From positions 1 to 64,000 of the IMG/VR virus record IMGVR_UViG_3300014204_000111: a stretch of 64,000 bases of DNA; one strand, 5' to 3'. Below the pieces are notes generated by a model. It was not told the origin of the DNA and did no database searches. It saw only the letters and a program-made list of their open reading frames with translations. This stretch comes from a virus (taxonomy: Duplodnaviria; Caudoviricetes). Below are positions 29,929-39,820 of the stretch, in pieces; positions within the stretch are counted from its first letter, which is position 1; each line of letters opens with the position of its first letter. Both the position numbers and the translations under genes were made by a program.

Positions 29929-30798
29929 TTGGAAAACTTAGTTCTAGTTTCAACCAATATAGGTCAATCAACTGTCTTATTGAGACAATGTGATATTGAT
30001 TATGAAGTTATAGTACCGAAAGGTCATTCTACGTCAAGAGCGCCTAATACTACTAATGATATAAAGTATAGTATATATAATATTGCTGGAGCACATTCGT
30101 TTGGTTTAGATATATTATCTACCTCAAATGATATTAAAAAATTTGAAACGGTTATATCTAAAAGTATTGATGCAAAGTTTATTTCTAATTTTGTTTGTAA
30201 AACCTCAGAGTTTGAGAGCAGTGCTATAAGATTGTTAGCAACACAAACTGCTTATGCATTAATTCACTTGCGTAATGGATTATATAATAATATTCTTTTA
30301 AGACCAGTTCCAATAATTTTATTTGATAGTTCTAATATTACACAATCTAATAAGAATATTAATTCAAGCTCTAACTATCTAAACTATAAAAGCGTTTTTA
30401 CTTGGCCTGCTCCATATGAACATTTTAATCCAGTGTATAACGGATATGCACCTGATAATAGTTTATATGTTCCAGCAGATTATACATCTATTTCATCTAT
30501 TTTAAATGAAATGAAATCTTATCCTACGTCAATTTTTCCTATTATGAGGTGGTTATATTCTACAACATATCCTGTACAGTTTTGGTGTGATTTTTTTAAT
30601 ACAATAAGGAGGCATAATATTACAAAAGTTAGCGTAAGTTTATTGTCATTTTTATCAGATGAATTAACGGGTATGGCCCTTTCTAAGCAATTGGGTTATG
30701 ATGCTTCATCTGATTTTCAAAAACATATTCGTAATATTCTAAATAAAAATAAAGTAAATCTTATGGAATCACCACAAGATTTTGAACTAGAGATATAG
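29929..30798 (+). CDS. Hypothetical protein ending ELEI
   Basis: AGGAGG RBS, TTG start. Confidence 0.7.
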   Translation: MENLVLVSTNIGQSTVLLRQCDIDYEVIVPKGHSTSRAPNTTNDIKYSIYNIAGAHSFGLDILSTSNDIKKFETVISKSIDAKFISNFVCKTSEFESSAIRLLATQTAYALIHLRNGLYNNILLRPVPIILFDSSNITQSNKNINSSSNYLNYKSVFTWPAPYEHFNPVYNGYAPDNSLYVPADYTSISSILNEMKSYPTSIFPIMRWLYSTTYPVQFWCDFFNTIRRHNITKVSVSLLSFLSDELTGMALSKQLGYDASSDFQKHIRNILNKNKVNLMESPQDFELEI

Positions 30799-30807
30799 GA
30801 GTCTACA

Positions 30808-31128
30808 ATGGCTGATAAAAAAAATGTACGCATTGAACTCGTTAAGAAGTGGAAGGGTAAGGACGTTCCTGAAGTTGATGCATTTGAATTTAGCGATATG
30901 TTTTTCGTTAATGCAGAAAAAACTCCAGGTTCCAGTCGTCCTGATTACAAAGGAGGTAATGGAGCTGCTTGGATGAAGAGTGGGTCTTACGAAAAGGATG
31001 GAGAGACCAAGAAATATGATGGTCTTAGTTTTAATCATTCAGTAGAAATAGAAGAACTTCGCAAAATGATTGCTGAATATGATGCTGGAAATTTAAAATT
31101 CAAGTCAAAGGGAAATAAAAATGCCTAA
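30808..31128 (+). CDS. Possible ssDNA-binding (DUF736-like) protein
   Basis: RPDYKG..GAAWMK..YDGLSF; replication-module context. Confidence 0.45.
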   Translation: MADKKNVRIELVKKWKGKDVPEVDAFEFSDMFFVNAEKTPGSSRPDYKGGNGAAWMKSGSYEKDGETKKYDGLSFNHSVEIEELRKMIAEYDAGNLKFKSKGNKNA

Positions 31129-32020
31129 CGAACAGGTTGAATATGATGAACAAGGCAATCGTATAATTAAAGTTCGAGATTGGGAAAGTTTAGATGCTTT
31201 ATTACAGAATTATAGCCAAGTTCAGCAAGCTCAGCCTCAGTTAGTTATGAAGCAAGGAGGAGAAGTGGTTCAAGAACCACTTCCTCCTAATCGTTCATCA
31301 GGATTATCTTCTGAAGAAAAAAGAGCAGCATTTTTGAGAGCTAATGCAGGTAATCCTGTTGATAAATTGCAACGACAATCTGCGGAATATGAGCGGGGTG
31401 GCTATATAGAGTCTAATCCTTTCGAAGGAATGACGGAAGATGAATATCGACAATTACAATATGAAGGCGCTGCTCAAAAGAAAGCAGAAAGAGATGAAAT
31501 GTTGCGTCGTCAAAAAATAGAGAAAGGTGACTTTAAAGAAGAGATTTGTGATTTTTTAAAAGATAGCCCGGTTTATCAAAAAATTAAAACAAAAGTGGTT
31601 GCTCCAAGATTTTACGAAAGTATTATGCCTTTTTTTACTAATACTCTTAAGACGTTTTCGGAATTTTTTCCAATTAAAGTAAAGAATACACTTAGAACAA
31701 CAAAAATTATCGATTTTGAAAAAGCTCTTGGCGCTGAACTAATCAAAAATACTCAATTATCAGAACTATCTAAAGATTCAAGAGCTTGTGTCTGGTCTAT
31801 TCGTCCTCCTGATAATGAAAAAAGGATGTTGTATATTATCGCTTATGATGGTAAGTTATCTTTTGTTACTAAAATTGATTCTGTATACGAAGAGAGATTT
31901 ATTGATTCGGTAATTGGTATTGATATGAAAGAAGATAATTATGCTAGACAATCTTTATACGAGGAACTTGTTTCTAGTATAAAAGATGTTCTTGCAATAG
32001 AAGATGAAGATGGAGACTGA
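31121..32020 (+). CDS. Hypothetical protein with acidic tail
   Basis: Long ORF, operon packing. Confidence 0.7.
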   Translation: MPNEQVEYDEQGNRIIKVRDWESLDALLQNYSQVQQAQPQLVMKQGGEVVQEPLPPNRSSGLSSEEKRAAFLRANAGNPVDKLQRQSAEYERGGYIESNPFEGMTEDEYRQLQYEGAAQKKAERDEMLRRQKIEKGDFKEEICDFLKDSPVYQKIKTKVVAPRFYESIMPFFTNTLKTFSEFFPIKVKNTLRTTKIIDFEKALGAELIKNTQLSELSKDSRACVWSIRPPDNEKRMLYIIAYDGKLSFVTKIDSVYEERFIDSVIGIDMKEDNYARQSLYEELVSSIKDVLAIEDEDGD

Positions 32021-32711
32021 TAAGACAACTATTTATTTAACGAAGAAACTCCAAGAAGCTGAAGCTGCTGGAGATGATATACAAAGAGATAAATATTATC
32101 AGTTACTTTTAGCAAAATATAACGATTTGATATATTTTATCGTCAAAAAGTTTGATATTCCACCGCGTGTAGGAGTTGATGATGTAGTGTCAGTTGCGAA
32201 ATTAGGGTTATGGAAGGGATTTAAAAGATTTGACCCAAGTATTAGCAAAGCTACTACATATCTTACCAAAGTTATTAAAGGTGAAATATATAGATATTAT
32301 AGAGATTATTGTTGGCAGTGGAAAGTTGCTCGTAGATTAAAAGAAGCTGTTTCCTCTTCAAAAGATGTAGAAGAAATTTCTAAAAAATACAATATATCTA
32401 CCGAGGAAGTAATAGAAATTCAAAATATACTTCGTTCTAATTTATCGCACGAAGATTATCAAGAATTTCACGAAGATGTGGATGAACAAGCTTTTGAAAA
32501 AACACATAATGATATAATAGTAGAACAAATGCTTTCAACTTTAGGAGAAATAGAATCAGAGGTTATTAAACTTTTTTATATAGAAGAAAGAGGAATAACT
32601 GATATTGCTGACATTTGTTGTATAGAAGTTGCAGCAGTTAAAAAAATTCTTACTAAAGCTGTTGAGAAATTAAAAGAAGAATTTGAAAATGAAAAAGAGG
32701 AAAATAAATGA
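32004..32711 (+). CDS. RNA polymerase sigma-70 family factor, SigB/SigF-like
   Basis: Region 2 VAKLGLWKGFKRFDP..TYLTKVIKGEIYRYYRD..WKVARRLKE; region 4 HTH. Confidence 0.88.
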   Translation: MKMETDKTTIYLTKKLQEAEAAGDDIQRDKYYQLLLAKYNDLIYFIVKKFDIPPRVGVDDVVSVAKLGLWKGFKRFDPSISKATTYLTKVIKGEIYRYYRDYCWQWKVARRLKEAVSSSKDVEEISKKYNISTEEVIEIQNILRSNLSHEDYQEFHEDVDEQAFEKTHNDIIVEQMLSTLGEIESEVIKLFYIEERGITDIADICCIEVAAVKKILTKAVEKLKEEFENEKEENK

Positions 32712-33538
32712 TTGCTGGATTATTAACTTTAGATATGTTACCTGATTTGTATAATAAAATTGCAAAAGAAATAAAGAGTTTAGAAGCAGATAAAAATGCA
32801 ATAGAGGTTATTCCAAAAGAGATAAGTAAAAAAGGATATGATTCTACTGGTTATAGATATCAATATCTTTGTAACGTATTAAATCAAGTTATTGGTTCTT
32901 GGCATTGGACATTAACTCCTGATTTAATCCATAATTATCAATATGAAGTAACAGATAAATGGGGTAATACCAAAACATATTTTAATGTTTGTGTAAAAAC
33001 TACGTTGAGAATTGGTAATTGGATTCCGTCAGTCGATACAGAATCACAAGTCTCTTCTGTTTTTGAAATTTTGGATGAAAAAGTTCATTATGGAAATAAT
33101 ACGTCTCCTTTTGTTGGAGAAGCTATTAAAGGCTGCGTTACTAATTCTATCAAAAAGACTTTTGCTTTAGCTGGTTTTGGTGAAAGAGCAATGACTGGCG
33201 CTCTTGCCCGTGAATTTGGAGATGAATTACCTCCTGATGAAGAATTTGAAACTGCTGATTTCGAACATCCGGTAACTAAACCAATAAATAAATCAGTTCC
33301 AACCAAAGGAATAGAAATATATTCTACTTCATTTTATGATGCCAAAAACCCATATGGATTAGCACATTGTCATAGAACTAATTTCCCCCTCTCTGAAGAG
33401 CAAATGAATTTTTGTAAAAAAGAAAGATATAGACCTTCATCTGTGAAGGTAATTTCTGAGAGTAAGGGTAATATAAATAGTATAAAATTATCACCAGAGG
33501 AAATTGAATATGCCAAGGAACTTAAGCAAATTAGCTAA
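32708..33538 (+). CDS. Rad52/Sak-like ssDNA annealing protein
   Basis: GYRYQYLCNVLNQVIG..W, AIKGCVTNSIKKTFALAGFG. Confidence 0.75.
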   Translation: MIAGLLTLDMLPDLYNKIAKEIKSLEADKNAIEVIPKEISKKGYDSTGYRYQYLCNVLNQVIGSWHWTLTPDLIHNYQYEVTDKWGNTKTYFNVCVKTTLRIGNWIPSVDTESQVSSVFEILDEKVHYGNNTSPFVGEAIKGCVTNSIKKTFALAGFGERAMTGALAREFGDELPPDEEFETADFEHPVTKPINKSVPTKGIEIYSTSFYDAKNPYGLAHCHRTNFPLSEEQMNFCKKERYRPSSVKVISESKGNINSIKLSPEEIEYAKELKQIS

Positions 33539-33845
33539 TTTTCTTAAAAATTGTAGAGGAACTACAACACATAAAGATTTTGCGGCTAAATTAGCTGCCT
33601 TTTTTAATGAAGAGATTTTTATTTCTTATTCTCACTTAGCTAATATTGAAGCTGACCGAAAATCTCCAGACCAGTCTAAATTTCTTCGTTTATGTACAGA
33701 ATTTATCAAAATTGACCATGACACTGCTCTTGCAATGTGGGTAGAACAGAAAAGATTAGTAGAAGCTAATCGTAAATTTAAAAAAAAGATAGATAATTTA
33801 CAAAAAGAGTTTAATAAAAAAAATACGTTACCATTAGAGGATTAA
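33510..33845 (+). CDS. XRE-family HTH protein
   Basis: LKNCRG.TTHKDFA..ISYSHLANIEADRKSP. Confidence 0.75.
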   Translation: MPRNLSKLANFLKNCRGTTTHKDFAAKLAAFFNEEIFISYSHLANIEADRKSPDQSKFLRLCTEFIKIDHDTALAMWVEQKRLVEANRKFKKKIDNLQKEFNKKNTLPLED

Positions 33846-34279
33846 TGATTTCACTACCAAATAAGTATCCCTCTAGATTAATGACTGAGGTATATAATAC
33901 AAACCCTAAAATACTCGATGAGTTTATTTTAGATATTGGTAAAGAGAGAAAAATCAAAGACATTTCATTTATAGCAGATATTACAAAAGCCTATAGAAAA
34001 AAATTTAAGGCTCCTTATTATAGGATATTTATCTCTAACCACTTTCCTTTTGACAAAAGGAATAAACAATATGTTTCTTTGCTTAATAGTGGAGAGATAG
34101 TAATTTTATTAGAACCGTTTTTGTTTAAGACGGAAGTTTGCAATTATTCTAGTTCACTCTTTATGATTTCAAGTGGATTGCCTATTATAAGTAATGGAAA
34201 GATTATTCAAACAGTTAAATTATATGATATAGAATATATAGCAACAAGGTTTTTTCAAACGGATGATACAAAATTATAG
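33845..34279 (+). CDS. Hypothetical protein
   Basis: TAATG coupling. Confidence 0.65.
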   Translation: MISLPNKYPSRLMTEVYNTNPKILDEFILDIGKERKIKDISFIADITKAYRKKFKAPYYRIFISNHFPFDKRNKQYVSLLNSGEIVILLEPFLFKTEVCNYSSSLFMISSGLPIISNGKIIQTVKLYDIEYIATRFFQTDDTKL

Positions 34280-34931
34280 AGATTTATATGCCGGTAAAGT
34301 CATTGCTGTTATTGGGAGCGGCCCAACAGCAATAAAGTATAGTGGAAAAGAGGATATTGCTATTGTTCTTAATGGAGCAATTAATCTTGCCGCAAAAACT
34401 GACTATTTTATGGGATTTGATTTAAGTATTCCTGAACTTAGTTATTATTATTCTAATACGGCAATAACTAGATTAGTAGGAGCAAATATTGTTTCTATGG
34501 ATAGAATTGTCTATCCAGATTTACTTGATAGACAAAGAAAAATTCTTAGAGGAGGACATGTTACTGAGAATGAATTTCATTTAAGCAATATTGTACCAAA
34601 ATCTCCTCATGGATATTGGTTTTTTCAAACTAGAAAATCACCTATTTTTGATAAGGGAATGATGTATCTTTCAGCAATGGGCAATATATCAGTCCCTGGT
34701 GTAGAAACAGCTATTATTATGGGAGCTAAGAGAATCAATTTATATGGTATAGATTTAGGTAAAAGAGGATACTTTTATGCTCCTAGTAATTCTAAACAAA
34801 TTAAGGCTTATCAGCCACAAAGGTCTAAGTTTATGAATGATTTATTAACTTTATGCTTACAAAATGGCATAGAAATTGGAGTTTGTCGTGGACAAACCTC
34901 AAGAGTGACAGTGGGGGAAAATATTGGCTAA
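34263..34931 (+). CDS. Maf/DUF115/Cst-like putative glycosyltransferase (homolog of 12933..13622)
   Basis: VIGSGPT, LNGA, AIIMGAKRINLYGIDL. Confidence 0.65.
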   Translation: MIQNYRDLYAGKVIAVIGSGPTAIKYSGKEDIAIVLNGAINLAAKTDYFMGFDLSIPELSYYYSNTAITRLVGANIVSMDRIVYPDLLDRQRKILRGGHVTENEFHLSNIVPKSPHGYWFFQTRKSPIFDKGMMYLSAMGNISVPGVETAIIMGAKRINLYGIDLGKRGYFYAPSNSKQIKAYQPQRSKFMNDLLTLCLQNGIEIGVCRGQTSRVTVGENIG

Positions 34932-36126
34932 AGGTAATGTAGCAGAAATTTTAAAACAACATTTAGAAGATATTAAAACCCCAAAACCAAGAATTATGAC
35001 TGGATATAAGGATTTAGATGACGCATTAAAGGGGATTCGTCCATCAGATTTTGCAATTATAGCTGGAGGAACTGGAGAGTTTAAAAGTACGCTATCTACT
35101 AATGTACTTTTAGCAAATTTGAAACAAGGTCATTCTGCTGTAATGTATAATTATGAAATGTCTAATCTTCAATCTTTTCGAAGAATATTATGTGGAGAGA
35201 TGTTAACATCACTTTCAGATTTGGAAGACCCGAATCAATCGAAAGAGTTAATTAAGGCCACAGAAGAAAAAGCAGCAGAATTAGTGAAAAGTAATCTATA
35301 TTTTGTTGAAAACAATATTGATAACGTAGATATGTTACTTCTTGATATTGCTAGAAAAAAACAGGAAGGTTTTAATCTTTTTATTGTAGATTATATTCAA
35401 TTAATTAATAGTGACAAAGGCTCAAGAGTAGAACAAATAGAATATGTAGCTAGAAAGCTAAGGAAAGCTGCATTATCAACAGATACAGTAGTATTAGGAA
35501 TTTCTCAATTATCTCGCGCTCACAAAAGAGAAGGAGGGGAGCCGGATTTACATGACCTTAAAGGTTCCGGTGGTTTAGAGAATGATGCTACTCAAGTAAT
35601 TTTTGTTTTTACAAAAAGATATAATGAAATTTTGAGAGCTAAAGGCATTACTAAAGCATATCTTCCTTCCTATAGAGAATCAGAGCTTGTTATTAAAAAG
35701 AATCGTCACGGAGAATCAGGTCGTCGTTCTCGATGTATTGTACTTCCGTCTTATTATAAATTTATTAATATAGAAGATACAGTGGGAGTAGACCCATCTA
35801 AAATTGGGCCATTTCCTTGTATTGGAGATGAAGGTAGATGTAATGAGGAAGAATTTATAATAATAGGTAATGAATTTTATTGCGCTCATTGTAAAAGTAG
35901 GTATAATACTCAGTGTTCTCGTTGTAATGATACTGGATATGTAAGATATACTAAAATGAGCCATAATTATGATTATGAGTATATTGGATTTTGTCCATCT
36001 TGTCCTAGAGGTCAAGCCTTAGTAAGTAGTATTAAAGCGACTAATAGTATTCTCGATACTCCACAAGATAAAATTACTCTTTTACCATTTATTAAACAGG
36101 TTACTCCACAGGAAGTTTCTGTGTAA
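34924..36126 (+). CDS. dnaB: DnaB-like SF4 replicative helicase with Cys-rich C-terminal extension
   Basis: TGYKDLD, AGGTGEFKST, YEMS, VDYIQL, SQLSR, DLKGSGGLENDA, KNRHG. Confidence 0.92.
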   Translation: MAKGNVAEILKQHLEDIKTPKPRIMTGYKDLDDALKGIRPSDFAIIAGGTGEFKSTLSTNVLLANLKQGHSAVMYNYEMSNLQSFRRILCGEMLTSLSDLEDPNQSKELIKATEEKAAELVKSNLYFVENNIDNVDMLLLDIARKKQEGFNLFIVDYIQLINSDKGSRVEQIEYVARKLRKAALSTDTVVLGISQLSRAHKREGGEPDLHDLKGSGGLENDATQVIFVFTKRYNEILRAKGITKAYLPSYRESELVIKKNRHGESGRRSRCIVLPSYYKFINIEDTVGVDPSKIGPFPCIGDEGRCNEEEFIIIGNEFYCAHCKSRYNTQCSRCNDTGYVRYTKMSHNYDYEYIGFCPSCPRGQALVSSIKATNSILDTPQDKITLLPFIKQVTPQEVSV

Positions 36127-36680
36127 TGAAAATATATAAAGATTTTAGTTATGCTGATAGGGTTGGATATTATAAGTTTTTAGCAAATTATCCAGAAAAA
36201 ATAGCCAATTACGAACTTCAACCATTTAATTCTATTTATAGAAGAATAGAAGAATTTGCAGATAGTGATTATAATAGGGGATTTTGGGTATCTTCTCCAA
36301 ATCCCATTAATACAGGTTCGCTCTTAATTCCTCTTGCTATTAAATTAGGAATTACTTATGTTAATATATTAAATTTAACATCTAAAGATGTAGAAGAAAC
36401 AATGGAGATAGTTAGGAATACAGAGCTTATTATAGATGAAATAGGTAGCGAAGGCCAAAGAATGACTTGGTTAGTTGATAAGATTATGCAAGAACGATAT
36501 TCTAATGGTCTTATCACTTTCATTGGGTCTACTCGTCCATTTAGACAACTTAATAATACTTATAATGCAGCAACCTTATCTAAAATGGATAGTATGACTT
36601 GTTTTCGCGTAGATATAGAAACATTTGATATGTTTCCTTCTATGGATTCTAGTAAAAATATAATTTTAACGGAGAAATAA
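36126..36680 (+). CDS. Degenerate DnaC/IstB-like helicase loader
   Basis: LIIDEIGSE..IMQERYSNGLITFIGST; Walker A position reads SSPNPINTGS. Confidence 0.65.
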   Translation: MKIYKDFSYADRVGYYKFLANYPEKIANYELQPFNSIYRRIEEFADSDYNRGFWVSSPNPINTGSLLIPLAIKLGITYVNILNLTSKDVEETMEIVRNTELIIDEIGSEGQRMTWLVDKIMQERYSNGLITFIGSTRPFRQLNNTYNAATLSKMDSMTCFRVDIETFDMFPSMDSSKNIILTEK

Positions 36681-37010
36681 ATGATTAATTGTATTGAAGA
36701 AATTGACCAACGAAATAACCTTGGTTCGGGTATGTTTCTTTGGGCTAAAGAAAAAAAACTTGATGTAATGATTACTGTTAAAAGTCTTCCTTATAGTCTT
36801 AATCTCTTTCCTAAAGATGAGCATGGAGAAGTAAAAAAGATGGAAACTCCATTAGATTATAATGTAGTAGGAGGAGTTATTGAAGAAGTTTTTGGATATA
36901 ACTCTGCTGATACTTGGCTTATGTTTAAATCTAATGAAGGTAGAATCTTTGCTCTTAACACCAAAGAAGTTGTAATGATATCATTCATGGATGAGCCAGA
37001 TGCAAAATAA
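36681..37010 (+). CDS. Hypothetical protein
   Basis: GGAG RBS. Confidence 0.7.
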   Translation: MINCIEEIDQRNNLGSGMFLWAKEKKLDVMITVKSLPYSLNLFPKDEHGEVKKMETPLDYNVVGGVIEEVFGYNSADTWLMFKSNEGRIFALNTKEVVMISFMDEPDAK

Positions 37011-38106
37011 GATTTTAGCGGTAGGAGATATTCAAATCTGCCCTAAATCTTATGACCAAATTGATAAATTTCTTAACGAATATCTTTTAGATTATATTAC
37101 TAAAAATGATATAGACACTGTAATATTTCCTGGGGATTTATTTGAATATTCTAACTATACTAATAACTATGTGAGTAGTGCTTCTATAATAAAGCCGTAT
37201 TCAAAATTCTTTGACTCTTTATCTTGGGTTAATCCTAAACATCTTAATAATTTTGGTAAGAAAGTAACAGTTATTATTGTTGATGGTAATCATGATAAAA
37301 GCTATGGTAGTTTTGCAAATGCCAATGATATATTTATTGCAGAACATATTATACATTCTTCGAAGACAATTGAATTATATAAACCACCTAGTTTAACCTG
37401 TGGATTCATTCTGGTTCCGTGGTTGATGCCTCATGAATATACGTCTCGTAGTGAGGTACTTGATTATATTAAGTTCCTTGCCTTCCAGTGTAAGTCTGAG
37501 GGGCTTATTCCGATATTGGTCGGACACTTGCGAGTTGTAGATTTAGAGTCTAGTATAAAGATAAAAAAATCGGATTATAGTTTCACTTTTTCTTCTGAGG
37601 AACTAAACTCGTTAGGTATTGAATATGGTATTTTAGGCGATATTCATACAAAACAAAATGTGGTTAATAAAATAGATTATATTGGATGTATTAGGCAGAG
37701 AAATTTTGGTGAAGTTAATAATCCTAGTGTATTTAGAGTTATTACTATTACTAATCAAGTGATAACACATGATAAATATGAGGTATGTAATTTTTTCCCT
37801 GAATATCATACTCTTACTGTAGAATCAGAAGAAGCTTTAGAGAAATTATTAGAAGATAATCATTTTATAGACAGAGATTTTTACAGGATTGATGCTTTAT
37901 TTCCTACAGTTACTAAAAGTTTTCGTCCTAATGTGATTGTACGTTCAACTGTTAAATTAGCTACTAAAGAACTGTCTACTCCAACAAGAGTCCAAGATTT
38001 AGATGCTTCAAATTTAATTAAAATTTATAATGATTATACAAAAGAATTTGATGACTTAGAAAAAATAATGAAATATTGGAACGACACTAATGATACAACA
38101 AGTTAA
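36991..38106 (+). CDS. sbcD: SbcD/Mre11-like nuclease
   Basis: GDIQ, PGDLF, GNHD, VGH, LGDIH, NFGE; adjacent to SbcC. Confidence 0.88.
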   Translation: MSQMQNKILAVGDIQICPKSYDQIDKFLNEYLLDYITKNDIDTVIFPGDLFEYSNYTNNYVSSASIIKPYSKFFDSLSWVNPKHLNNFGKKVTVIIVDGNHDKSYGSFANANDIFIAEHIIHSSKTIELYKPPSLTCGFILVPWLMPHEYTSRSEVLDYIKFLAFQCKSEGLIPILVGHLRVVDLESSIKIKKSDYSFTFSSEELNSLGIEYGILGDIHTKQNVVNKIDYIGCIRQRNFGEVNNPSVFRVITITNQVITHDKYEVCNFFPEYHTLTVESEEALEKLLEDNHFIDRDFYRIDALFPTVTKSFRPNVIVRSTVKLATKELSTPTRVQDLDASNLIKIYNDYTKEFDDLEKIMKYWNDTNDTTS

Positions 38107-39820
38107 AATAGAAAATTTATGTACTATTAAAGATGTAGAATTTGATTTATCCGATATTTCTGTTGCTATGATTGTTGGAGAATCTGGAAGTGGTAAGACA
38201 ACTTTTATTGGTTCTATCTTTGCGTGTTTATATGGAAGTTTTCCTGATAAACCAGAACAGTCTTTATATGACGATGTTTTAAATAAAGAGGCACAAGCAA
38301 AGATATCTGTTACAATAGATATTTCTGGAAAATCATATGTAATACAAAGAATTATTGATAATAAAGACCGAAGATGTTATGCATATGTGTATAATATCAA
38401 TGATATGGCTTCTCCTATTGTTGGCCCTCAAATAAAAGGATTTAATCAATGGATAAGTAACAATTTATTTGATAAAAATATCTTTTTAGCTCTTTATTAT
38501 CTTAGTCAAAAAAAGAAAAATGACATATGTGATTTAGCACCATCAGTAGCCTCAACGGTACTTATGGGACTATTTGGGCTGGATTCTTTCTCAGATACTT
38601 CTAAAAAATACCAAGAATTAGCTAAAGATGCAAATAAAAATCTCGTATATGTAGATAACCAATTTTCAATAATAAGAACTGCTAAAAGTAGACTTGAAGA
38701 GTCTCAAATTAAAATTCAACAATGTTCTACTCAAATAGACGAATGTAATAAAGAACTTAGTGAAATTGACATGTTTTTAAATAATTCTGAATTAACAGAG
38801 CTATCTAAAAATATTACAAGAATTCAAACAGACATTGCGAAATCTCTTTCTTCAAAAGAGAAGTTAGAATTGTCAAATAAGGCAATAAGAAAACAACAAG
38901 ATGTTTATAAGGTTCAAGAGAATTTAATTCGTAACGCTGCGTGTAAAAAAGGCGCTAATTTTGAATATCCATCTTGTCCATTTTTAAATGCTGATAAAAT
39001 TGCTAAAAATTTACAAGATTTACAAGACCAAATTGACCGCAATAATAAGGATATGAGTAAACTTGATAAAGAGCTAGCTCAACAAAGAACTAAATTGCAA
39101 GAATTAACATCAGAAGATAAACCTGGATTTATAAATAAAAAAATTATTTCACAGGAACAAAAAAAGAATGTACTTTCTTTAATTGCTGCTAAAAATAAAG
39201 AACTAGGTGGATTAGAGAACGAAATAGAACATTTACAACAAATTATATCAAAAGAGTCTACATTAAAAAAGGAAAAAGAAATATTTAGAAAAAATGCTTT
39301 ATATGCAGACTTTTTATATAGAACATTTGGTAGAAGAGGAGCGCCATCTTTAATTGTAGAATCTTCGTTAGAAGAGATAAATATAATTGCAAACACTATG
39401 TGTACAGAGTATTATGTGCCATTTAAATTTGCTTTAACCTTTACGAAGGAAGATTCTAATGAAACCCTTCTCGGCTCTTTGAACGTGGTATTATTAGATG
39501 AGGCGTCAAAGCCGCGACATGTATCATCCTATTCTGGAGGAGAAATGCAGTTAGCCCAAATTGTTCTTAGATTTGCTATTCAAGAATATCTCAAAAAATA
39601 TTTAGCAAAAGATAAATTAGCAATTTTTATTGCTGATGAACCTTGGAGCGAAATGGATTCTAATTTAGCAGAATTAGCGTATAATATAATCAATGATAAG
39701 AGTGAATTAGCACAAATTTTAATTATTTCTCATGATACTTCTTTTTGTTCTAAATTTGAGAATGTTATAGAAGTAACAAAATTAGGTAATGAAACAAAGA
39801 TAGAGTTGGTACAAAAATAA
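38090..39820 (+). CDS. sbcC: SbcC/Rad50-like SMC ATPase
   Basis: GESGSGKT, coiled coil, YSGGE, IADEP, ISHD. Confidence 0.9.
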   Translation: MIQQVKIENLCTIKDVEFDLSDISVAMIVGESGSGKTTFIGSIFACLYGSFPDKPEQSLYDDVLNKEAQAKISVTIDISGKSYVIQRIIDNKDRRCYAYVYNINDMASPIVGPQIKGFNQWISNNLFDKNIFLALYYLSQKKKNDICDLAPSVASTVLMGLFGLDSFSDTSKKYQELAKDANKNLVYVDNQFSIIRTAKSRLEESQIKIQQCSTQIDECNKELSEIDMFLNNSELTELSKNITRIQTDIAKSLSSKEKLELSNKAIRKQQDVYKVQENLIRNAACKKGANFEYPSCPFLNADKIAKNLQDLQDQIDRNNKDMSKLDKELAQQRTKLQELTSEDKPGFINKKIISQEQKKNVLSLIAAKNKELGGLENEIEHLQQIISKESTLKKEKEIFRKNALYADFLYRTFGRRGAPSLIVESSLEEINIIANTMCTEYYVPFKFALTFTKEDSNETLLGSLNVVLLDEASKPRHVSSYSGGEMQLAQIVLRFAIQEYLKKYLAKDKLAIFIADEPWSEMDSNLAELAYNIINDKSELAQILIISHDTSFCSKFENVIEVTKLGNETKIELVQK

